Shown here: piece after piece, positions 53,407-64,000 of the stretch
Layout: every line of letters begins with the position of its first letter
How positions within the stretch are numbered: position 1 is the stretch's first letter
Source: Eledone cirrhosa
Taxonomy: Eukaryota
DNA: 64,000 nucleotides
Reading direction: 5' to 3'
NCBI GenBank assembly: GCA_964016885.1
Contig: OZ024747.1
Coordinates: 4,154,001 to 4,218,000 of the forward strand
The notes under the pieces: generated by a model
What the model saw: only the letters and a program-made list of their open reading frames with translations
Database searches by the model: none
Told to the model about the DNA's origin: nothing
Made by a program: the position numbers and the translations under genes

Positions 53407-53509
53407 CAATTACAATGTTCTACTCCCCCAACTAATGGTAATTAATAGATAGCGAGCTCATCAATAAATACTGTAACTTTTTGATATTCTCAACAGTTCC
53501 GTTGGTCAT

Positions 53510-54032
53510 GCGTGTATGTCTTTAAATGTGTGTATACGTATGTGTGTGTGTCTTTAAATGTGTGTATACGTATGTGTGTGTGTCTTTAAATGTGTGTATA
53601 TGTATGTCTTTAAATGTGTGTATATGTATGTGTGTGTGTCTTTAAATGTGTGTATATGTATGTGTGTGTGTCTTTAAATATGTGTGTGTGTATGTCTTTA
53701 AATGTGTGTATATGTATGTGTGTGTGTCTTTAAATGTGTGTATATGTATGTGTGTGTGTCTTTAAATGTGTGTATATGTATGTGTGTGTGTCTTTAAATA
53801 TGTGTATATGTATGCGTGTATGTCTTTAAATGTGTGTATATGTATGCGTGTATGTCTTTAAATGTGTGTATATGTATGCGTGTATGTCTTTAAATATGTG
53901 TATATGTATGTGTGTGTGTCTTTAAATGTGTGTATATGTATGTGTGTGTGTCTTTAAATGTGTGTATATGTATGTGTGTGTGTCTTTAAATATGTGTATA
54001 TGTATGTGTGTGTGTCTTTAAATATGTGTATG
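53510..54032. repeat. ~30-bp minisatellite (TCTTTAAATGTGTGTATATGTATGTGTGTG)
   Basis: Regularly spaced TTTAAA. Confidence 0.92.
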
Positions 54033-54644
54033 TGGTTGTGTGTGTGTGTGTATGTGGGATTTTCGTGAATATAGTTTATATAAATATTATGTATCTCTCT
54101 CTCTCCTCTCACTATATATATATATACACACACACATATACACTCAAATATATATATATATATATACACACATATATACATATAAACACACACACATATA
54201 TATATATTTATGCATATGCATACACACAGACATATAAACACAAACACACACACATATATATATATATACATATTTATACATATGCATGCACACATACTTA
54301 TAAACACAAACACACACACACACATATATATATACATATTTATACATATGCATGCACACAGACTTATAAATACACACATACACACACATATATACATATA
54401 AACACACACACATATATATATATATATTTATACATATGCATACACACAGACATATAAACACAAACACACACACACATATATATATACATATTTATACATA
54501 TGCATGCACACAGACTTATAAACACACACATACACACACATATATATATACACATATCTACAGCAAGAGAGAGAGAGAGGGTAATGAAAGAGAGACAATA
54601 GATGGATGACTAGAGTTATATTGATGAATATAATATATACACAC

Positions 54645-54972
54645 ATGAAAGGCCTTTGTATACACTCCCATGGCTTTCACAGTATGAGTCCCAGCTATTT
54701 GATCAACAGCCTGTACATTAGCATGTAAGTGGCTGGGCATTCTACAGAAGCGTGTACTCTTAATATATTTTTCAGGAAGATTCAGCATGACACAGTATTT
54801 GGTAAGACTGACTCTTTGAATCCCAGATACAGATCCCCCCATGGGCTTCCAACAATTTCCCCTCAACCAAATTTCATTTGCAAGCCATGGCTTGACCTGA
54901 TGCTGTTGTGACATTTGCACAAGATGACACGAAGTTGGATTGAACAAAAACCACTTAACCTTACTGCCATCA
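54645..54972 (-). mobile_element. Old SINE remnants (CORE-type octopod SINE-like)
   Basis: AAGTGGCTGGGCATTCTACAG...GATTCAGCATGACACAG and CATTTGCACAAGATGACAC segments; related + strand relic at about 42385-42530. Confidence 0.45.
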
Positions 54973-55132
54973 CAGATACTCACATACACAGAAACACACA
55001 CAATCACATGTACACAGAAACACACACGCACACACACTCACACACAATCACATGCAAGCATAAACACACACACACATCATCATCATCATCCTTTTACATA
55101 TAATTGGGGGTCTTCATCATCTTATACATCAT

Positions 55133-56020
55133 CATCCAACAATGGATCTCAGACTGGCAACTCAAGCTAGCTGTGGACAAGTGTACCACCAGGCATTTTG
55201 AGAGTAAAAACCCAGCATCCACATACTCCCTCCACAGCACTAATATCAAGAAGTCTTCTTGTGAACGTGACCTGGGCATTACGGTCAGCAGCGATTTGCG
55301 TTGGACGAAGTACGTCTCTAAAATTGTCAAGAGGGCTGAGGGTGTCTTAGCATCACTCAGCAAGACCTTTGTCAGCCGCTCTCCAGCTATCTATTTAAGG
55401 CTGTACATGGCTATGGTGTGGCCACACTTAGAATTTGCATCACCAGTCTGGAACCCCTATCTTGCTCAGAACATTGACCGCCTGGAAACTGTTCAGAGAC
55501 GTGCAACCAAGCGAATACCCTCCATCAGGCATCTACCATACTCTGAGCGCCTTGCTTCCCTGGGCATGGATACATTGAAGCTCCGACGCCTGGCAACTGA
55601 CTTGGTAAACACCCACAAAATTGTTAACCATGTTGCCAACAACAACCCTGAGTACCTTTTTGATTTCCATGTGTCTAACACACGTGGGCATGCCCACAAA
55701 GTCAGAAAACAGCACAGTCCCCATGACTTTCGGAAACATTTTTTCACGCTTAGAGTTGCTGAAGCATGGAACAAACTACCTACATCAGGTGTTAGCTGTT
55801 GAGACACTGCATCCTTTAAAACCTCCATGCTTCCCGAGATTCGCCAACACTACACCTAATGTTCCCCCTCCATACACATACATACATGTATATCATGACT
55901 CATGCACTATTCACTTCCCTGACATTTGTATATTTTTCTATGTACTATACATGCACCTTTGATGAGTTGTAGTGCACCTGAGCACTTTACACAATAATTT
56001 CTTTATTATATTATTATTAT
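55133..56020 (+). mobile_element. 5'-truncated CR1-type LINE
   Basis: WQLKLAVDKC, ERDLGITVSSDL, HLEFASPVWNPY, TRGH, RKHFFTLRVAEAWNKLP; premature TGA at 55800; 3' stem-loop plus (ATT)n. Confidence 0.95.
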
Positions 56021-56039
56021 CTTCTCTATGAGCCTCAGT

Positions 56040-56400
56040 GGTTTGAGATCTGCTTCCGTAACCCAGGTCTTTACTTTTCCTTCACTGTAGTTCCCTTACA
56101 CTAAGATTTCTCAGTACATCTTCACCCAACAATCATTATCCATACACATCACATGTCGCTACCAGTGCAGTCTTCTCTCATCCATACTAAATCTGATGCC
56201 TTTTGTATCCATCTTTTCTCTCAGACCATTCATGCTTCATTATTTGTGCACATTTGCATTGCAGATCAATCGAGAGATGCTTGCTTCATTTCTCTCTAGT
56301 GTTTGCATTCATTGTCCATGTCTCACTAGCATACACTAGCATACTTCGCATACTGGCATCATACAAGGGGCTTTCTTTTCCTAGAGAAAAACCTTTTTGC
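56040..56400 (-). mobile_element. Old RTE LINE fragment
   Basis: Residual LYDASMRSMLVYASETW and ERRLHW motifs on minus strand. Confidence 0.65.
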
Positions 56401-56544
56401 ATAATTTGATTTGTGAGCACAAGAAAAACGTGCTCAATATCAAAGAAGAGTATAATATTTTTACAATATCATAAAGTTTGCTCACATCATTTGGTCATAG
56501 AAAATAGCAGTATCCATAATATATATTATAACATTGCCTTCATT

Positions 56545-56731
56545 TAATTGTTTCTACTTTTGGCACAAGGCCAGCAATTACCCAGTGTATTACTGGTACT
56601 TTATTTTATCGACCCCCGTAAAGATGAAAGGCAAAGTTAATCTCGACGGGATTTGAAATCAGACCTTAAAGGGACGTAACTCTTTGCTGCAAAGCATGGC
56701 ATCTGACCCTCTACCGATACTGCCAATCCAC
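56545..56731 (-). mobile_element. SINE family 1, short subfamily
   Basis: Aligns to 2731-2915. Confidence 0.9.
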
Positions 56732-56831
56732 CTTCATTTAATGATCAGCTAACAATTGTGAAACAATGAGTAGCAACAGAGAGTTATCTCAGTAATATAG
56801 TAACATTAATTATAATACTGACAATCATATA

Positions 56832-56934
56832 CAGGGTCTCCCCCCAAAATATATATACACATTTCAACAGCATTCTAATAAATATTGCCTGTACAGGTAA
56901 TCAAAGTGTGTACACGTGTTTTGGGGACATCTTG
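56832..56934. mobile_element. Tc1/mariner-type MITE
   Basis: TA-CAGGGTCTCCCCCCAAAA...TTTTGGGGACATCTTG-TA. Confidence 0.7.
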
Positions 56935-57113
56935 TATGTATATATATATATTGTTTGGGAGTTCAGTGGCCTCGTTTCATCTCAGATTCAGTCTGTAAAG
57001 ACCCATCCATCCTTTGCTAGTACATCAAATGATGATGATATGTATAAATAGATATATATAATAGAAAAATAAGGAAGTTTCGTTTACATATGAAAACTAT
57101 TTATTCCGTATCG

Positions 57114-57205
57114 ACCCGTTACACTTGTTTCACAGAGGATTGGCTCAAGGTGACCCATAGGAGTTTTAGGCCTGATTCCAGTATCGATCTGCTCCTCAGA
57201 CTGGT
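57114..57205 (-). ncRNA. Type I hammerhead motif with long domain II, in a (TA)n-flanked element (about 57060-57238)
   Basis: ACCAGT-CTGAGGA-GCAGA...TCTGT-GAA-ACAAGTGT-A-ACGGGT; GUA triplet; AATAAA shortly downstream. Confidence 0.68.
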
Positions 57206-57948
57206 ACCAACACCAGTATTTCACCATGTTACCTAGACTATATATATCTATATGTTTATTATGTATTCATCTATATATATATATATAAATACAGAGATCA
57301 AAACTGCCAAAGTCCACCTCAATGGCCAATGACCCTGGAGTTCTGTCTTTCGTTTGTATTTTCATTTTTTTATAAAATAATTTTTTAAGGTTTCCCTTAA
57401 AAAGATTGATTTTTGTTTTGTCTTATTTTCATTCAAGTCTTAGCCTTCTTGTTAATTTTCCTACATATATGCGTGTATGTGTGTATATACACACACACAC
57501 TATATATGCATGTATGTGTGTATATATACACACATATGCTGACAAAAAAACAGCAGTATATACCAAACGTTGGTATGAAATCATCCGTCATGTATGTATA
57601 AACAAACCAGCATGCACCAATGTCAATACAACATACAATTGAGAAAATAAGGCAATGCTATAGGGAGACACACCTATACAACACAACTATGAACATGTCT
57701 GTGTGTCTGTGTGTGTGTATGTGTATATATATATATATATGAGAGAGAGAATTATATATATATATATGAGAGAGAGAATTATATATATATGTATATAGAA
57801 ATATATATATATGTGTATATATATATATGTATGTAAAAAAAAAATATATATATATATATAGGAAAAAGGTAAACAGAAATAACAACAGATTCGGTACAGT
57901 ATATTGAAGGTATATATTAGGTTAACGCTTGATATAACAGGAAGAGGG

Positions 57949-57984
57949 TCTTAATGTTTCGGGCGCTAGTCCTTCATCAGAAGA
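57949..57984 (-). ncRNA. Minimal type I hammerhead-like motif in a Penelope-type short element (about 57860-58050)
   Basis: TCTT-CTGATGA-aggactagcgccc-GAAACATT-AAGA. Confidence 0.62.
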
Positions 57985-58057
57985 AAGAATGAGAAATAAG
58001 ATAGATTGAGGGGACGGGCGGGATGGAATTGGGAAAAATGTCTTTAGATAAAAATAA

Positions 58058-59163
58058 CAGGTCCTTTATTCTCAGTCGAAGAGAGGTAGTCACGGTTCTG
58101 GGACAGCATTCCTCACCATATGAGATGTCATCTGGTGTACCTCAGGGATCTCTTCTTGGGCCCCCTTTTGTTTGTGGCATATATTAATGACATAGATGCC
58201 AACTTAAGGAATGCCACAGTACTAAAGTACGCAGACGACATCAAGCTGTACCTTGAGATAAAAAGGACAGATCCTGAACACTATAGATCTTGCTTGCAGT
58301 CTGAACTGGACACAATGCAACAGTGGATCTCAGACTGGCAACTCAAGCTAGCTGTGGACAAGTGCACCACCATGCATTTTGGGAGTAAAAACCCAGCGTC
58401 CACATACTCCCTCCACAGCACTAATATCAAGAAGTCTTCCTGTGAACGTGACCTGGGCATTACGGTCAGCAGCGATTTGCGTTGGACGAGGCACGTCTCT
58501 AAAATTGTCAAGAGGGCCGAGGGTGTCTTAGCATCACTCAGCAAGACCTTTGTCAGCCGCTCTCCAGATATCTATTTAAGGCTGTATACAGCTATGGTGC
58601 GACCACACTTAGAATTTGCATCACCAGTCTGGAACCCCTATCTTGCTCAGGACATTGACCGCCTGGAAACTGTTCAGAGACATGCAACCAAGCGAATACC
58701 CTCCATCAGGCATCTACCATACTCTGAGCGCCTTGCTTCCCTGGGCATGGATTCATTGAAGCTCCGACGCCTGGCAACTGACTTGGTAAACACCCACAAA
58801 ATTGTTAACCATGTTGCCAACAACAACCCTGGGTGCCTTTTCGATTTCCATGTGTCTAACACACGTGGACATGCCCACAAAGTAAGAAAACAGCACAGTT
58901 CCCATGACTTTCGGAAACATTTTTTCACGCTCAGAGTTGCTGAAGCATGGAACAAACTACCTGCATCAGTTGTTAGCTGTCGAGACACTGCATCCTTTAA
59001 GGCCTCCATGCTTCCCGAGATCCGCCAACAGAACAGCTAACACATACAAACATGTACTTCCCTGGCATTTGTGTATTATTCTATGTACTATATTGACGAG
59101 TTGTAGTGCACCTGAGCACTTTACACAATAATTTCATTATTATTATATATATTATTATTACTA

Positions 59164-59165
<2 letters not shown>
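58058..59165 (+). mobile_element. 5'-truncated CR1-type LINE (RT C-terminal half)
   Basis: SGVPQGS (frameshift) LGPLLFVAYINDI, KYADDIKLY; very similar to the 55.1-kb copy. Confidence 0.96.
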
Positions 59166-59215
<50 letters not shown>

Positions 59216-59427
59216 GAAATAAATGTATATATGTATATGTATATAGAAATATATATACATATATGTATATCCAGCACCTTCTCCTTCCTGTTGGAGAAAT
59301 CCATCCGTGGTGGACCTCCACAGCTTTTGGTTTTGGTCAAATCAAGAGTGTTGCCGTACACACCATGCTTGGTCAATTGTGGATTGGTGTGGCTATTTAA
59401 ACCATAAGTATACACACATATACATAT

Positions 59428-59465
<38 letters not shown>

Positions 59466-59879
59466 GCTTACATTGTATATATATATAGATAGATGAATAT
59501 ATATATTGTATATATAAATATATATATTGTATATATATATATATTGTATGTATATATATATTGTATATATATATATATATTGTATGTATATATATATTGT
59601 ATATATATATATATTGTATGTATATATATATTGTATATATATATATATTGTATGTATATATATATTGTATATATATATATATATATTGTATATATATATA
59701 TTGTATATATATATGGTATATATAGATAGATGAATATATATATATTTTATATATATATATGGTATGTATATATATCTATAATATATCTACCCTATCCTCC
59801 CACTCCCACCAACACCACCCTCTCTCTGTAAAGTTGCTACCACAACATCCAGTCCAAACTAATGTGACAATGAGATCGA

Positions 59880-60135
59880 GATCGTGTAGGTGTCACAACA
59901 AAAAAAACACAGTCCATGCTGTAATGTGGTCATGTAGGTAACACGGTAAAAACCTCCCAGACCCACACTGTAAATGCGGTTGGTGTTAGGAAGGCCATCC
60001 AGCCGTAGAAAACCTGCCAGACAGTCCTATACGAGCGAGACACGGTCACCCTACCTACCTTGCCTCATGTGGGACAACTCCCGTCTAACCCATGCTAGCA
60101 TGGAAGATGGACATTAAACGAAGATGATGATGATA
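59880..60135 (+). mobile_element. RTE 3' UTR/tail fragment
   Basis: GGTTGGTGTTAGGAAGGCCATCCAGCCGTAGAAAACC...CCCATGCTAGCATGGAAGATGGACATTAAACG(ATG)n; matches the 47962-48210 tail. Confidence 0.85.
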
Positions 60136-60438
60136 TATTGTATATATATATAACGAAGGAATTGTGGTGAGGAACCAGATGGACCATAAGGCACCAGAGT
60201 ACTCAATACTTAGGGTAGTAGAGTGGGTAATAGGAAAAGGTATGTCCCCGACCCCTATTGTATATATATAGAGGGATGTATTTAATTATGTCTCATATAA
60301 AATAATACAACTGGCTATCCGCAAAGTACGTATAGTTAGCACCCCAAACGTATAACTGGGATTATATATATTGTGTATATATATATAGATAGATGTATAT
60401 ATATATATATACTGTGTATATATATATATATATAGATA

Positions 60439-60486
<48 letters not shown>

Positions 60487-61139
60487 GTATATATATATAT
60501 AGATAGATGTATATATATATATTGTGTATATATATAGATATATATATATATATATATACAAACACACATATACGCAGCTGTGTATTTAGAAAGGCCTATG
60601 AATATTTATCTGGATAAGTGATATAGAGAAAGTGTTAAACTAAACGTGTTTGTCAGTGTGTGAATATATGTGTGTGTGTTTTCCAGTGTGTGTGTGTGTG
60701 TTTGTCAGTGTGTGAATCTATGTGTGTGCCTGTATGCGTTTGTCTGTGTGTGCATGTGTGTGTTTTCCAATGTGTGTTTGTCAGCAGTGTGTGTGCATGT
60801 GTGTGTGCATGTGTGTGTTTTCCAATGTGTGTGTTTGTCAGCAGTGTGTGTGCATGTGTGTGTTTGTCAGCAGTGTGTGTGCATGTGTGTGTTTTCCAGT
60901 GTGTGTGTGCATGGTGGGGGAGGGGGGCAGTGTTAGTGAGGTGATGATGGTGATGATAATGCTGCTGATGCTGATAGTCATGGTGATGCTGATGATGATG
61001 ATATAGACATTAAACTGGGATATTCCATGTAAATATATCCCAGTGTATATATAGTGGCTGGTGTGTATAATATGTAGTCTATAGAGTATATGTGGCATGA
61101 ACTGTGTAGTGTGTATAGAATGTGTAGTGTGTGATATAT

Positions 61140-61436
61140 ACTCTGTAGTGTGTATAGTATATATATGGTGTATATAGTGTATATATGGTATATATATGGT
61201 GTATATAGTATATATATGGTAGATATATATATGTGGTGTATATATATATATGGTGTATATAGTGTATATATATGGTGTATATAGTATATATGTGGTGTAT
61301 ATAGTATATATATGGTAGATATATATATGTGGTGTATATATATATATGGTGTATATAGTGTATATATGGTATATATATGTTGTATATAGTATATATGTGG
61401 TGTATATAGTATATATATGGTAGATATATATATGTG

Positions 61437-61470
<34 letters not shown>

Positions 61471-61736
61471 TGTATACAGTATATATATGGTATATATATA
61501 TATGGTGTATATAGTGTATATATGGTATATATATATATATATGTTGTATATAGTATATATATGGTGTATATAGTGTATATATGGTATATATATATATATA
61601 CGTTGTATATAGTATATATATGGTATATATATATGGTGTATATAGTGTATATATGGTATATATATATATATATGGTGTATATAGTATATATATTGTATAC
61701 ATATATATATATATATGGTGTATATAGTATATATAT

Positions 61737-61769
<33 letters not shown>

Positions 61770-61892
61770 TGTATATAGTATATATATGGTATATATATAT
61801 ATATGTGGTGTATATAGTATATATATGGTATATATATATATATGTGGTGTATATAGTATATATATGGTATATATATATATGGTGTATATAGT
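61140..61892. repeat. (TA)n-based minisatellite with GGTGTATATAG modules
   Basis: Tandem low-complexity array. Confidence 0.9.
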
Positions 61893-61976
61893 AAGTTGTA
61901 GGCTGCGTACATGTGGTCACAACTCAAACATTTGTTGTTAGTTTTATGCAATACTGTCATCAATGAATATCAACTT

Positions 61977-63193
61977 CTCACACACACACACATATACACT
62001 CTATAGTCTCACACACACATATACACTCTATAGTCTCACACACACACATATACACTCTATAGTCTCACACACACATATACACTCTATAGTCTCACACACA
62101 TATATACACTCTATAGTCTCACACACACATATATATACTCTATAGTCTCACACACACATATATACTCTATAGTCTCACACACACATATATACTCTATAGT
62201 CTCACACACACATATACACTCTATAGTCTCACACACACATATACACTCTATAGTCTCACACACACATATACACTCTATAGTCTTTCACACACACACATAT
62301 ACACTCTATAGTCTCACACACACACATATACACTCTATAGTCTCACACACACATATACACTCTATAGTCTCACACACACATATACACTCTAGTCACACAC
62401 ACACACATATACACTCTATAGTCACGCACACATATATACACTCTATAGTCTCACACACACATATACACTCTATAGTCTTTCACACACACATATATACTCT
62501 ATAGTCTCACACACACATATACACTCTATAGTCTCACACACACATATACACTCTATAGTCTTTCACACACACATATATACTCTATAGTCTCACACACACA
62601 TATATACTCTATAGTCTCACACACACATATACACTCTATAGTCTCACACACACATATACACTCTATAGTCTCACACACACATATACACTCTATAGTCTCA
62701 CACACACATATACACTCTATAGTCTCACACACACATATACACTCTATAGTCTCACACACATATATACACTCTATAGTCTCACACACACATATATACTCTA
62801 TAGTCTCACACACACATATATACACTCTATAGTCTCACACACACATATATACACTCTATAGTCTCACACACACATATACACTCTATAGTCTCACACACAC
62901 ATATATACTCTATAGTCTCACACACACATATATACACTCTATAGTCTCACACACACATATATACACTCTATAGTCTCACACACACACACACATATACACT
63001 CTATAGTCTCACACACATATATACACTCTATAGTCTCACACACACACATATATACTCTATAGTCTCACACACACATATACACTCTATAGTCTCACACACA
63101 CATATACACTCTATAGTCTCACACACACACACATATACACTCTATAGTCTCACACACACACACATATACACTCTATAGTCTCACACACACACA
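61977..63193. repeat. ~27-bp minisatellite (CACACACATATACACTCTATAGTCT with variable CA) running into the gap
   Basis: Tandem periodicity. Confidence 0.95.
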
Positions 63194-63393
63194 NNNNNNN
63201 NNNNNNNNNNNNNNNNNNNNNNNNNNNNNNNNNNNNNNNNNNNNNNNNNNNNNNNNNNNNNNNNNNNNNNNNNNNNNNNNNNNNNNNNNNNNNNNNNNNN
63301 NNNNNNNNNNNNNNNNNNNNNNNNNNNNNNNNNNNNNNNNNNNNNNNNNNNNNNNNNNNNNNNNNNNNNNNNNNNNNNNNNNNNNNNNNNNNN
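63194..63393. other. Assembly gap (200 N)
   Basis: N run of round length. Confidence 0.99.
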
Positions 63394-63725
63394 GTATAAC
63401 TTCTCTAAGCTATGTATGGGAGCCCACAGTAGCAATATTTCATTGATAAGATAAATCCATGAAGGTAGGGCAACAAGAAAGTCAAAAAGAAAAGGGAAAA
63501 CATTTTTGTTTTCTTTTTTTAGTGAAAGTTGTAAATGATCAGTATAGTATAGTATTGAAAATTAATCAATAATTTCCGTTCAGTGTTATTGATCTGTTTA
63601 CTCCTACACAGATCTCTACTCCTGGTACTCTGTGATGTCGAAACTTGTTTTTGCTCCCTAATTTTATATGCTTCTTGCCTCCATTCTTATATTATTACTA
63701 GCAATAAATATGAAAAATTGATGCA

Positions 63726-64000
<275 letters not shown>

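Noticed and set aside
52561-53452. Pro/Ser/Leu-rich ORFs (extensin-like)
   Set aside because: Polypyrimidine satellite lacking stops by composition

Overview
AT-rich, repeat-saturated animal genomic DNA with a 200-N scaffold gap at 63194-63393. The SINE/LINE repertoire and microsatellite load resemble octopus (coleoid cephalopod) DNA; this is inference from recognised repeat types, not a database match. Nearly all supplied ORFs are simple-repeat artefacts. Real coding remnants are retro- and DNA transposons: two convergent 5'-truncated RTE LINEs, each with a C4HC3 PHD-type finger after the RT catalytic motif; three CR1-type LINE pieces; R4/Dong-like, Penelope and mariner relics. No host protein gene is identifiable, but weak minus-strand exon candidates lie at about 8.9-10.0 kb and 38 kb. 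The most notable signals are RNA structures read directly from the sequence: (i) about eight type I hammerhead-ribozyme motifs in short Penelope/retrozyme-like elements, mostly next to (TA)n tracts, one well formed inside an element with direct repeats 530 bp apart; (ii) a two-copy nested-pseudoknot motif with HDV-like topology but atypical dimensions at the 5' end of an RTE-derived element, a candidate unusual ribozyme; (iii) several long fold-back palindromes.
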